From Smithella sp. (GTDB lineage: Bacteria > Desulfobacterota > Syntrophia > Syntrophales > Smithellaceae), in contig JAAZOZ010000203.1 in the NCBI GenBank assembly GCA_012797505.1, positions 1 to 38,855 of the forward strand: 38,855 nucleotides of DNA. Reading direction: 5' to 3'. Position numbers and translations under genes: made by a program. Below, piece by piece: positions 1-9,031 of this stretch; within the stretch, counting starts at the first letter, position 1; every line of letters starts with the position of its first letter. The notes beneath the pieces are model-generated. The model was not told the DNA's origin. It searched no databases and saw only the letters and a list, made by a program, of their open reading frames with translations.

Positions 1-28
1 AAAAAACCCTTGAAGGAGGAAACAGATC

Positions 29-304
29 ATGAAGAAGACCTTAGGAACAATCGTAGCGGCGGCGGCAGTGGTTCTTTTGACGGCAACGTTTGGATTTGCA
101 GAGTATGCGGCGGCAGGGGCGGCCCAATTCCCGTATTTTCAGCTGGGCTGCCTGATTGTGGGCGGACTGATTATGGTCAGCCTGAAGAGGAAGTATAACA
201 AGATGTACACGGCGGAAGTGGTCGGCGCCTTCGCTCTTTACACCCTTCTGATGGCGCTCTTCACCAATCCGGTGATTGACGCGGTGAAAAACATTGTGAC
301 ATAA
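29..304 (+). CDS. Small membrane protein of unknown function (signal-peptide-like N-terminus plus two hydrophobic segments)
   Basis: Strong RBS AAGGAGGA at 13-20, ATG at 29, 91-aa hydrophobic ORF, followed by a clean terminator. Confidence 0.85.
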   Translation: MKKTLGTIVAAAAVVLLTATFGFAEYAAAGAAQFPYFQLGCLIVGGLIMVSLKRKYNKMYTAEVVGAFALYTLLMALFTNPVIDAVKNIVT

Positions 305-372
305 TCAAAAGCAGCAGCAGGTGAAGTAACCGCCGCCCGGAACACAACATTCATGATCTGTCATATAGAACG

Positions 373-407
373 CCCCCTCAGGTTCCCACAACTGAGGGGG
401 TTTTTTT
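373..407 (+). terminator. Rho-independent terminator
   Basis: CCCCCTCAG (373-381) pairs with CTGAGGGGG (392-400), followed by T7. Confidence 0.9.
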
Positions 408-432
408 GAGTTGAAAACCTGAAACATAATCC

Positions 433-461
433 TTGATTTTCAAACCGGCTTGGGATAGAAG
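433..461 (+). promoter_or_regulatory. Putative sigma70 promoter of the rpsF operon
   Basis: TTGATT-17 nt-TAGAAG just upstream of the leader; the -10 is imperfect. Confidence 0.45.
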
Positions 462-483
462 GCACCAACATCAAATACAGGGA

Positions 484-531
484 CTCCCCTTGCTCCCGAA
501 CTGAATCGGGGGCTTTAGAGCCGAAAGGAGG
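484..531 (+). ncRNA. S6:S18 ribosomal-protein leader (autoregulatory cis RNA)
   Basis: GCTCCCGA/TCGGGGGC hairpin, a lower stem CCTT pairing with the SD AAGG, and a 3' internal loop with CCG, directly before rpsF. Confidence 0.8.
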
Positions 532-536
532 AAAGA

Positions 537-1007
537 TTGAAGAGATACGAAGTTATCGCTATTGTCAAAACGGATGTGTCGGAAGAAGACCTGACCGCCA
601 TCATGGAGCGGTCCTCCAACATCATCACCGAACGCAAAGGAGTCATCGCCAAAGCTGAGAAATGGGGCAAACGGCGGCTGGCCTACGAAATCAAAAAACA
701 AAAAGACGGATTTTATTTTTACATCGACTATGCCGGCGACGGTTCCATCGTGGCCGAAATGGAGAGAAATTTTAAAATCGACGACCGGATTCTGAAATTC
801 ATGACGGTCGCCAAAGAAGGCGCCGTAACCCGTGAGGGCATCGATGCCGAGATCGCCGCCGCGGAAGCAAAGCGCACGCAGATCCGCATCGAAACGGACA
901 ACACGGCCGCCGCGAAAGAGGAAAAGGCGGCAGGGGATGCAAGACCTGCGCGGCCGACCTTCCGCAAAGCCCCGCACCGGGAAGACAACACACCGAAAGG
1001 AGAATAA
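537..1007 (+). CDS. rpsF: 30S ribosomal protein S6 with charged C-terminal extension
   Basis: KRYEVIAIV...[12 protein letters not shown] motif; TTG start after AAGGAGG. Confidence 0.97.
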   Translation: MKRYEVIAIVKTDVSEEDLTAIMERSSNIITERKGVIAKAEKWGKRRLAYEIKKQKDGFYFYIDYAGDGSIVAEMERNFKIDDRILKFMTVAKEGAVTREGIDAEIAAAEAKRTQIRIETDNTAAAKEEKAAGDARPARPTFRKAPHREDNTPKGE

Positions 1008-1009
1008 TC

Positions 1010-1279
1010 ATGGCTGCACCCAACGGCGAAAGACCATCCCGTCCGCCTCAGAGAAAGTTTTTCCACAGAAAGAAATTCTGCCGGTTCTGCACGGACTCCA
1101 ACGTAAAGATTGATTATAAAAATCCGGTGATTCTCAACAACTTTGTCACGGAGCGCGGCAAAATCATGCCCCGAAGGATCACGGGCAACTGCGCTTATCA
1201 CCAGAGAGAGCTGACCGTGGCCATTAAAAGAGCCCGCACGATCGCCATCATGCCTTTTGTCACCGCGGAAGGCAGATAA
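1010..1279 (+). CDS. rpsR: 30S ribosomal protein S18 (Zn-binding form)
   Basis: CRFC...IDYKN...[15 protein letters not shown]. Confidence 0.98.
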   Translation: MAAPNGERPSRPPQRKFFHRKKFCRFCTDSNVKIDYKNPVILNNFVTERGKIMPRRITGNCAYHQRELTVAIKRARTIAIMPFVTAEGR

Positions 1280-1297
1280 ACCCGTTTTTTACAACCG

Positions 1298-1339
1298 CCG
1301 GCCGGTTTTATTCTGTTGAAGGAGAACCGGCCGGTTTTT
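1298..1339 (+). terminator. Terminator/attenuator hairpin after rpsR
   Basis: CCGGCCGGTT (1298-1307) / AACCGGCCGG (1325-1334), then T5. Confidence 0.65.
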
Positions 1340-1374
1340 ATTGACCCGGCACACCGTTTCACTGATCAGGATCA

Positions 1375-2367
1375 TTGCCATTTTTTTCATCGCGGGCCGC
1401 TAATTTGACAATATTGAATTTATCGTTTTTTCAAAATTCCTTTCTCCGGCTTCTGCTCACCATCACACTTTTTCTGGCGGCCTCCCTTCTTCCCTTTGCC
1501 GGACTCGTTTTCCTGTTGTTTCTCCCGCTGGTTCTGTATGTCCTGTGCTTCCTTGCCGATCCCGGAAAAACACTCATCGCCTTTCTTGCCTCGCTTTGCG
1601 TCGTGACCATCCTCCTGTGGGCCCTGAATGCGTCCGCGTCTGCGCCGGCCCTGGCGGCGGCCGGGTTCGCCGGAATGCTGATGTTTTGGACCGTCCAAAA
1701 GCGCTTCTCCGTCGAAGGGGTTGTCCTTCTGCCGTCCCTTCTTTTGGTGGGCGCAATCGCTTTATATTTTATTTACGGCGGCATGCAACTTTCCATAACT
1801 CCCTGGCAACTGGTTGAAAAGCGCATTCAGGAGGCGGTGGAACTCAACATCCGCCTCTACAGTCAATTTCCTCTAAATGCTGAAGAAATTCAAGAAATTA
1901 CAAACAGCAAGCCGCAGATGATTTCGCTGTTCACGATGATTTTCCCCGCCCTTTGCGTCATAGCGGCCGTATTCACCATCTGGATCAATCTGCTTGCCGC
2001 GGGCAGGCTGCTGAAAGGCCGAGGCATTTTGCCGGCCCCGCTTTCGGCCCTATCCGAATGGAGCGCGCCCGCCTGGCTGGTCTGGATTTTTATTGCCGCG
2101 GGAGGCATGAGCGCCGTCCCAATGGCCCCCGTCCGCTTTTCGGGCGTCAATCTTTTTCTTGTCGCGTCATTTATTTATTTTCTGCAAGGCCTTGCTATTG
2201 TTAGTTTCTTCTTTCAACATCGAAACATCTCCCCTTTTTTCCGCTTTCTTGCTTATTTTTTAATTGCGATTCAACAAATGCTTATGATAGCAATAGCTGC
2301 CGTGGGGCTCTTCAATCTCTGGGTTGATTTTCGCAAATATCTCCGCAAAGACCGGACAACAGACTGA
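1375..2367 (+). CDS. YybS/DUF2232 family membrane protein (start uncertain)
   Basis: Multi-TM protein with YFLQGLAIV and GLFNLWVDFR motifs; typical position between rpsR and rplI. Confidence 0.85.
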   Translation: MPFFSSRAANLTILNLSFFQNSFLRLLLTITLFLAASLLPFAGLVFLLFLPLVLYVLCFLADPGKTLIAFLASLCVVTILLWALNASASAPALAAAGFAGMLMFWTVQKRFSVEGVVLLPSLLLVGAIALYFIYGGMQLSITPWQLVEKRIQEAVELNIRLYSQFPLNAEEIQEITNSKPQMISLFTMIFPALCVIAAVFTIWINLLAAGRLLKGRGILPAPLSALSEWSAPAWLVWIFIAAGGMSAVPMAPVRFSGVNLFLVASFIYFLQGLAIVSFFFQHRNISPFFRFLAYFLIAIQQMLMIAIAAVGLFNLWVDFRKYLRKDRTTD

Positions 2368-2391
2368 CGATGCACGACAGGAGGTTTGACC

Positions 2392-2841
2392 ATGAAGGTG
2401 ATTTTAATTCAAAACGTGCCTTCCCTGGGCAAAGCCGGAGACTTGGTCAAAGTCAACGACGGCCACGCCCGCAATCTGCTGATTCCAAAGGGTCTGGCCG
2501 TTGAGGCGGACCATAAAAACATCAAGGCCTTCGAACTGGCCAAAAAAAACATTCTGCAAAAGACACAGAAAGAAAAGGAGGGCGCACGGGATCTGGCCTC
2601 CCGCTTAAGCCAGGTGACGCTGACGCTATCGCGCAAAGTAGGCGATCAACACAAGATCTTCGGCTCGGTCACCTCCAAAGACATCGAAGCCGCTCTTCGG
2701 GAAAAGGGATTTTCCGTGGACCGGAAAATGATTGTGCACGATGAGCCGATCAAATCCCTGGGAGAGTTCAAGGTTCGCATCAAACTGCACCCGGGCGTTG
2801 AAACGGAAATCAAGATCATTGTTGCCGGCGAAGAATCATGA
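2392..2841 (+). CDS. rplI: 50S ribosomal protein L9
   Basis: MKVILIQNVPSLGKAGDLVKVNDGHARN..., IFGSVT; RBS AGGAGG. Confidence 0.97.
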   Translation: MKVILIQNVPSLGKAGDLVKVNDGHARNLLIPKGLAVEADHKNIKAFELAKKNILQKTQKEKEGARDLASRLSQVTLTLSRKVGDQHKIFGSVTSKDIEAALREKGFSVDRKMIVHDEPIKSLGEFKVRIKLHPGVETEIKIIVAGEES

Positions 2842-4193
2842 AAGACATCGATCCTTCCTTATACAAACTGCCGCCTCAGAACATAGAGGCCGAACAGTCC
2901 ATTCTGGGCAGCATTCTGCTGGAGAACAGCGCCATCAACGCGGCGCAGGAAATCCTGAACAAGGATGATTTTTACAGCGAAGCGCACCGGAAGATTTTTT
3001 CCGTCATCGAGCAGCTGGCCGACAAAAATGAGCCGGTTGACCTGATCACGCTCGGCAACGCCCTGAAGGACAAGACCCTGCTGGATTCGGTCGGCGGCAT
3101 CGCCTACCTGGCATCGCTGGTGGACAACGTCCCCTCGGCCGCCAACGTGGCCAATTACGCAAAGATCGTGAAGGAAAAGGCGATTCTGCGCGGCCTGATC
3201 GGATCCGCCACCGAAATCATCAACAGTTGCTATGAGACGGACTCCGACGTCGATCAGGTGCTGGATAAAGCCGAACACCGCATTTTTGAAATTTCCGAAA
3301 ACAAGGTGCGGACGTCTTTTTATCCGATCAAAGATATCGTCCGGGAGAGCTTCCGGGCCATCGAGGATTTGTTCACCCGCAAGGAACTGATCACCGGCGT
3401 CGCCACCGGATTCGATAAAATCGACGACATGACTTCCGGCCTGCAGGCTTCCGATCTGATCATTGTCGCCGGACGCCCCAGCATGGGCAAGACCGCCTTC
3501 GCGCTCAATATCGCCCAACACGCCGCAATGGAAACCCAGACGCCGGTGGCCATTTTTTCGCTGGAAATGTCCAAGGAGCAGCTCGCTTTCCGCCTGCTCG
3601 CCTCTGAAGCCAGGGTTGATTCCCAGAGGCTCCGCAAAGGATTCCTGGGCGAAACCGACTGGCCGAAGCTGACGGCGGCGGCAGGCAGGCTCTCCGAAGC
3701 GCCGTTATACATTGACGACACACCCGCCATCACCGTTCTGGAAATGAAAGCGAAGTCCCGCCGCCTGAAAGCGGACCGCGATCTGGGACTGATCGTCGTG
3801 GACTATATCCAGTTGATGCGCGCCCAGGGCAACCAAAATTCCCGCGAGCAGGAAATCTCCGAAATCAGCCGCTCGCTCAAAGCGTTGGCCAAAGAGCTCA
3901 AGGTGCCCGTGATCGCGCTTTCCCAGCTCAACCGCAAGGTGGAAGACCGTCCCAACCGGCGGCCGCAAATGGCGGATTTGCGGGAATCCGGCGCCATTGA
4001 ACAGGACGCGGACGTGATCGCCTTTATCTACCGGGATGAGGTGTACAACAAATCCGATGACAACCCGGACAAAGGCGTCGCCGAAATCATCATCGGCAAA
4101 CAGCGCAACGGCCCTACCGGCCTGGTGAAGCTTGCGTTCCTGGACCGGTTCACCACTTTTGAAAATCTGGCGCGTCCGGATGGACCGTCGTAA
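2838..4193 (+). CDS. dnaB: Replicative DNA helicase
   Basis: PPQNIEAEQSILG, Walker A GRPSMGKT, LSQLNR, DLRESGAIEQDAD; ATGA overlap with rplI; no intein. Confidence 0.98.
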   Translation: MKDIDPSLYKLPPQNIEAEQSILGSILLENSAINAAQEILNKDDFYSEAHRKIFSVIEQLADKNEPVDLITLGNALKDKTLLDSVGGIAYLASLVDNVPSAANVANYAKIVKEKAILRGLIGSATEIINSCYETDSDVDQVLDKAEHRIFEISENKVRTSFYPIKDIVRESFRAIEDLFTRKELITGVATGFDKIDDMTSGLQASDLIIVAGRPSMGKTAFALNIAQHAAMETQTPVAIFSLEMSKEQLAFRLLASEARVDSQRLRKGFLGETDWPKLTAAAGRLSEAPLYIDDTPAITVLEMKAKSRRLKADRDLGLIVVDYIQLMRAQGNQNSREQEISEISRSLKALAKELKVPVIALSQLNRKVEDRPNRRPQMADLRESGAIEQDADVIAFIYRDEVYNKSDDNPDKGVAEIIIGKQRNGPTGLVKLAFLDRFTTFENLARPDGPS

Positions 4194-4243
4194 AAGACGA
4201 AGCGCGTCCGAACGGCAACATGCATGGATGGGGTGCGGATCAC

Positions 4244-4750
4244 ATGAGGCCCAAAGAAGTCATCGTCAATGATCGGATGCAAAAGGGTTACCGATACGTT
4301 CTGACCAAACCGGCCGGAAGAGATTTTGACCCGGACTTCAAGCCGGAACTGACGCCCAAACAAATGCTGGAAATCGGCGTCTTCGGCGGAAAATACATGA
4401 CGGACTGCCGCAGGGAATTTCCCGCCTCCTGGTTTGCCAAAGCCAGACTCTCTCCCGAACGCCATGATCCGAAGCTCAACTGCTTCGGCGTCAACGCCTC
4501 CAAACCCCTCTCCTACTGGGTGGCCAAAGGCTGGATTCATCCCGACGATCCCCGGGGCTGGTTTCAGTGGTACTGCCGCTATTACTTGGGCCGCCGCCGC
4601 CCCGATGATGAAAGACAAATCAAACGCTGGAGCGCCATGCAGCGGCACATCTCCCAACTCACCAAAAACTGCCCCGCGGGCGATCTTTCCTGCCGCCGCA
4701 AACAGCGCCAGGCCCTGCTCCACTGGGCGTACGACAGCAGGAAAATGTAA
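4244..4750 (+). CDS. Conserved hypothetical Trp/Cys/Arg-rich protein
   Basis: Motifs LTPKQMLEIGVFGGKY, DPRGWFQWYCRYYLGRR, RQALLHWAYD; host-like codon usage; alternative start at 4220. Confidence 0.85.
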   Translation: MRPKEVIVNDRMQKGYRYVLTKPAGRDFDPDFKPELTPKQMLEIGVFGGKYMTDCRREFPASWFAKARLSPERHDPKLNCFGVNASKPLSYWVAKGWIHPDDPRGWFQWYCRYYLGRRRPDDERQIKRWSAMQRHISQLTKNCPAGDLSCRRKQRQALLHWAYDSRKM

Positions 4751-4768
4751 GATATCTAACGGCGAGGC

Positions 4769-4805
4769 AACGGCGCTTCTTTCGTGCAAAGGATGCGCCG
4801 TTTTT
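4769..4805 (+). terminator. Rho-independent terminator
   Basis: AACGGCGC...GCGCCGTT stem followed by a T run. Confidence 0.65.
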
Positions 4806-5179
4806 CGGGAGCGTCATTACCGTTCAGAATTTCGGCGATTTCTTCTGTTTCTGTCCCCACGGACACATCATTCTGACGGAAGCTGCTCCCTTCAAAAAGA
4901 TCAGGACAAACGTAATACTGATCTGTCATGATAAGCCTGTCGAACCATGGGGCGTTATATCATACGGGCTTCTCGCAGGCGCATACGGCAGAAAAAGGGA
5001 CAACCATTTTTCTTTCAGACGCGGCGGTCAGGCCCGCCTGACTTCCAATGTAAATGGACTTCCCCTGCAGCCGTGCCGGCTTGAAGATTTACAGGGCCTA
5101 TTATCAAGGAATCGCTATCCCGGTTATTTCGTTCGCTCACTATCGCATGTGCCCCATAATCTTCTGGCTAAGTTCATTC

Positions 5180-5208
5180 TTGACAATAGTAAACAATGTG
5201 TTTACTAT
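5180..5208 (+). promoter_or_regulatory. higBA sigma70 promoter with overlapping palindromic operator
   Basis: TTGACA (5180)-17 nt-TACTAT (5203); perfect inverted repeat ATAGTAAACA-atg-TGTTTACTAT at 5186-5208. Confidence 0.9.
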
Positions 5209-5214
5209 GAAACT

Positions 5215-5496
5215 ATGATTAAATCGTTTCGATGCCGTGAAACGGAGAAAATATTCCGCAGAGAACGCTCCAGCAAGTTTCCGGGCGATATTCAGCAGAG
5301 GGCTTTTATGAAGCTCAACGCCCTGGATGCAGCAGTTAAAATTGAAGACCTCCGCCTGCCGCCGTCTAACCGATTGGAAGCCCTGCGGGGGAAAAGGCAT
5401 GGACAGTGGAGCATCCGAATCAACGATCAATGGCGGATTTGTTTTGTCTGGCAAAAAGATCATGCCGAAAAAGTTGAAATTGTCGATTATCATTAA
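5215..5496 (+). CDS. higB: HigB (RelE/ParE-like, plasmid maintenance killer type) toxin
   Basis: MIKSFR...LRLPPSNRLEALRG.R.GQWSIRINDQWRICF.W.....VEIVDYH. Confidence 0.95.
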   Translation: MIKSFRCRETEKIFRRERSSKFPGDIQQRAFMKLNALDAAVKIEDLRLPPSNRLEALRGKRHGQWSIRINDQWRICFVWQKDHAEKVEIVDYH

Positions 5497-5507
5497 GGAG
5501 CAAGGTT

Positions 5508-5810
5508 ATGTTGAAAAAACGGATTAAACCGGTCCATCCGGGAGATTATTTAAAAGAGCTGCTGGACGAGCTGGAAATATCCCAGTACCGGCTGGCCCAT
5601 GATCTGGGAGTTGGGACCATGAGGATAAACCATGTGGTCAACGGCAAGCGTCCGGTTAATGCGGAACTGGCATTGCGATTGGGCAGGTATTTCAGCCAGG
5701 AACCACGCTACTGGATGAATCTGCAAAGCCGGTATGACATGGATATGGCAGAAGATGCTCTTTCCGATCAGGTATCCCATGAAGTTCAGCCGCTGAGAAT
5801 GGCGGGATAA
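5508..5810 (+). CDS. higA: HigA antitoxin (Xre HTH)
   Basis: PVHPGDYLKE, ALRLGRYF, WMNLQSRYD; RBS AAGGAG; toxin-first order. Confidence 0.95.
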   Translation: MLKKRIKPVHPGDYLKELLDELEISQYRLAHDLGVGTMRINHVVNGKRPVNAELALRLGRYFSQEPRYWMNLQSRYDMDMAEDALSDQVSHEVQPLRMAG

Positions 5811-5849
5811 TGCTGCCTACGTTAGCGTAAACCATGTTCCCGGGTATGT

Positions 5850-5885
5850 AAAAAAAGGGCGCTCCTTTTGGGGGAGCGCCCTTTT
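5850..5885. terminator. Bidirectional terminator between higA and hppA
   Basis: AAAAGGGCGCTCC / GGAGCGCCCTTTT 13-bp stem with A and T tracts on either side. Confidence 0.9.
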
Positions 5886-5905
5886 GGTTTAAAGGGGATG
5901 GAAAA

Positions 5906-8350
5906 TTATCCGCCCAGTTTCTCGCTGGCGATTCTCATGGAGTAGAAGGAGCGGTACACGAAAATCAGGGCAATCAGCAGGAAGACAACCGCCAGACCAA
6001 TCTTCAGGTTCTGGTTGGTCATGGTCACCGCGATTTCCGTAGCCAGAAGACCGAACAGGGTCGTGAATTTGATGACCGGGTTCAAAGAAACCGAAGAGGT
6101 GTCTTTGAAGGGGTCGCCGACGGTGTCGCCGACCACGCTGGCTTCATGCAGCGGGGTGTTTTTCATCTTGAGATCCACTTCAACAATCTTCTTGCCGTTG
6201 TCCCAGCAGCCGCCGGCGTTGGCCATGAAGATCGCCTGGAACAGACCGAAGAAGGCGATACCGATCAGGTAGCCGATGAAGAAGTAGGGGTTGAAGAACG
6301 AAAGGGCCAGACACATGAAGAAGATCACGATGAAGATGTTGATCATCCCCTTCTGAGCGTACTGGGTGCAAATCTGAACGACTTTCTTGGAATCCTGAAT
6401 CGAGGCTTCCGCCTTGTCCAGATTGATGTTCTTCTTGATGTACACAACGGCCTGATAAGCGCCGGTGGTCACGGCCTGCGTGGAAGCGCCGGTGAACCAG
6501 TAAATGACCGCGCCGCCCATGATCAGGCCCAGAATAATCTCAGGCTGCACCAGGGACAGTTTGGAAATGACCTGACCGAAGAGACCTTCGAGCAGGATAA
6601 TGATGCCGAACACCATGGTGGTGGCGCCGACAACAGCGGTTCCGATCAACACGGGTTTGGCCGTCGCTTTGAAGGTATTGCCCGCGCCGTCGCCGGATTC
6701 CAGATAGTGTTTGGCCAGCTCAAAGTCGGGAGCGATGCCGTACGCCGCTTTGACGACGTCTTTGGCATCCTTGCGGGATTCGATCATGGACAGTTCATAA
6801 ATGGACTGCGCATTGTCGGATACCGGACCGAAGCTGTCCACCGCGATGGTGACGGGGCCCATGCCCAGGAAACCGAAGGCCACCAGACCGAACGCGAAAA
6901 CCGGCGCCGCAAAGGTGAATGCCGGGGGCATCAGCGCCATAACGGACGCATTCTTGGAAACCATGTAAGAGACAAACATCAGAAGCACAACCACCATTCC
7001 CAGCCAGAAACCGGAGAAGTTCCCCGCGACGAAACCGGACAGGATGTTCAGAGAAGGCCCGCCCTGTTTGGAAGCGTTGACGACTTCTTCGCAGTGACGG
7101 GAAGAGGTGCTGGTGAAGATTTTGGTGAATTCGGGAATCAACGCGCCGGCAATGGTTCCGCAGCTGATGATCACCGACAGAGCCCACCACAGGTCTGCGT
7201 ATTTGGGATCAAGGTCATTTGCGTTCAGCAGGAAATAACTTGCCGCAAAGGTAACGCCGATGGAAACGATCGAGGTAATCCAGACCAGGTTGGTCAGCGG
7301 ATGCTCGAAATTGAATTCTTTCTTTCCGGCAAAAGCAGCGGTGCTGATGCCGTTGTTGACAAAGTAGGAAACCAGAGACGTCAGGATCATGAGGATTCTC
7401 ATGGCGAAAATCCAGATGATCAGCTTGCCGCCCATTTCGGGGTTGCCGGCCAGAGCCAGTGCCAGGAAGGTGATCAGCGCGACGCCGGTAACGCCGTAAG
7501 TTTCAAAACCATCCGCCGTGGGGCCGACGCTGTCACCCGCGTTGTCGCCCGTACAGTCGGCGATGACGCCGGGGTTTTTCGGGTCGTCTTCGGGAAGATG
7601 GAAGACGATCTTCATGAGGTCGGAACCGATGTCGGCGATCTTCGTGAAGATACCGCCGCAGATACGCAGCGCGGAAGCGCCCAGCGATTCACCGATCGCG
7701 AAACCGATGAAACAGGGGCCGACCAGTTCTTTCGGGATATAACCCAGGATCATGATCATGAAGAACAGTTCGATGCTCACCAGCAGAAGGCCGACGCTCA
7801 TGCCGGAACGCAGGCAGATATTGACGATGTTGAGGGGATTGCCGGAAAGCGACGAGAAAGCAGCGCGGGAGTTGGCAACCGTATTAATGCGGATACCGAA
7901 CCAGGCCACCGAGTAGGAGCCCAGAATACCCAGAATCGAACAGACCAGGATGATCACGATTTCGCCGGCAGGCATTCCGGACAGACCGCCAAAATAGTAA
8001 ATCATACAAATGGCAATCAGGATCCATAAACCGATAAGGAACTTGCCCTGCTGGAACAGGTAGGTTTTGCAGGTTTCCCAGATCGTCTGGGAAACATCGA
8101 GCATCGCCTGATGGGCCGGCAGGTTCTTGGTCTGTACATACTGCATCACACCGAAAATCAACCCGATAATGCAGATGACCAAGCCGACGTTCAGAATCAT
8201 CATGCCGGAAAGGGCGCCGCCCATAAAACTGACCTGACTTAAGTCCGGCAGTTTGATGTCCGCTTCACTGGCCAGGGCCGCGCCAGCGGAAAGCAGAACC
8301 AGCAAACCGCTCAGTAAAAATGTCCAAATACTTCTTTTGTTTCTAAACAT
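5906..8350 (-). CDS. hppA: Membrane-bound ion-translocating pyrophosphatase, probably K+-independent H+-PPase of the divergent clade
   Basis: GGIFTKIADIGSDL, EDDPKNPGVIADCTGDNAGD, GNTFKATAK, NAGGCWDNGKK, GDTVGDPFKDT. Confidence 0.95.
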   Translation of the reverse strand: MFRNKRSIWTFLLSGLLVLLSAGAALASEADIKLPDLSQVSFMGGALSGMMILNVGLVICIIGLIFGVMQYVQTKNLPAHQAMLDVSQTIWETCKTYLFQQGKFLIGLWILIAICMIYYFGGLSGMPAGEIVIILVCSILGILGSYSVAWFGIRINTVANSRAAFSSLSGNPLNIVNICLRSGMSVGLLLVSIELFFMIMILGYIPKELVGPCFIGFAIGESLGASALRICGGIFTKIADIGSDLMKIVFHLPEDDPKNPGVIADCTGDNAGDSVGPTADGFETYGVTGVALITFLALALAGNPEMGGKLIIWIFAMRILMILTSLVSYFVNNGISTAAFAGKKEFNFEHPLTNLVWITSIVSIGVTFAASYFLLNANDLDPKYADLWWALSVIISCGTIAGALIPEFTKIFTSTSSRHCEEVVNASKQGGPSLNILSGFVAGNFSGFWLGMVVVLLMFVSYMVSKNASVMALMPPAFTFAAPVFAFGLVAFGFLGMGPVTIAVDSFGPVSDNAQSIYELSMIESRKDAKDVVKAAYGIAPDFELAKHYLESGDGAGNTFKATAKPVLIGTAVVGATTMVFGIIILLEGLFGQVISKLSLVQPEIILGLIMGGAVIYWFTGASTQAVTTGAYQAVVYIKKNINLDKAEASIQDSKKVVQICTQYAQKGMINIFIVIFFMCLALSFFNPYFFIGYLIGIAFFGLFQAIFMANAGGCWDNGKKIVEVDLKMKNTPLHEASVVGDTVGDPFKDTSSVSLNPVIKFTTLFGLLATEIAVTMTNQNLKIGLAVVFLLIALIFVYRSFYSMRIASEKLGG

Positions 8351-8353
8351 TCA

Positions 8354-8947
8354 CTATTCCTCCTTTTTTAGAAAATCTATATTTTTTGTCTGGTACTTGC
8401 TTATCGCTTTCTGCAGACCGTTCAAAACAATTTCAGCGCTCGCATCGGCCGCGCGATGAATCACTTCCGGCAGCATAACCTGCTCCTCCTTCCGGAAGGG
8501 CTCCAAGACATAACCCTCAATTCGGGATTTGTCAACTGGTTTGCCAATACCCAGTCTCACCCGCATAAAACCGGAAGTTCCCAAGTTAGACTCGATAGAT
8601 GCCAGTCCTTTATGACCGGCGGTTCCCCCACCCGCCTTCATCCGCACAGCCCCGTAGGGCAGGTCGAGATCATCGTGAATAACGATGAGATTGCTGATTT
8701 CCGTTTTAAAGAACGACTGCAACTGCTTTACCGCAGTACCACTCAAATTCATGAATGTCTGGGGCTTGGCCAGAAGAACATTTTTACCTTCAACGGTCCC
8801 TTTACCCCACAACGCATTGAAACTCTTCTGTTTTAAATCAACTTTCCACCTGGCAGCCAGAAGGTCGGCCACCATAAACCCGATATTGTGGCGGGTGAAT
8901 TCGTAGCGTTTCCCCGGATTTCCCAGTCCGACAACCAGATAAACCAC
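8354..8947 (-). CDS. pth: Peptidyl-tRNA hydrolase
   Basis: VVGLGNPG..Y..TRHNIGF, KPQTFMNLSG, HDDLDL; GTG start at 8947 after AGAGGGGA. Confidence 0.95.
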   Translation of the reverse strand: MVYLVVGLGNPGKRYEFTRHNIGFMVADLLAARWKVDLKQKSFNALWGKGTVEGKNVLLAKPQTFMNLSGTAVKQLQSFFKTEISNLIVIHDDLDLPYGAVRMKAGGGTAGHKGLASIESNLGTSGFMRVRLGIGKPVDKSRIEGYVLEPFRKEEQVMLPEVIHRAADASAEIVLNGLQKAISKYQTKNIDFLKKEE

Positions 8948-9031
8948 TTGTCCCCTCTCTTTTTGAAAACGGAAAAGATATTTTCCAAAGCTGAAGAGAC
9001 GCATGATCTCCCGTATAATTCCTCTGTTCCC

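Noticed and set aside
4754-5827. Integron cassette (ATCTAAC after the hypothetical gene, GTTAGCG after higA)
   Set aside because: No complementary R''/R' pair with L boxes within attC length, and no intI.
6146-8029. Long antisense ORFs (627 aa here; also opposite prs, clpB, mutS, iorA, SDR)
   Set aside because: Expected shadow frames of GC3-biased genes, with no motifs or RBS.
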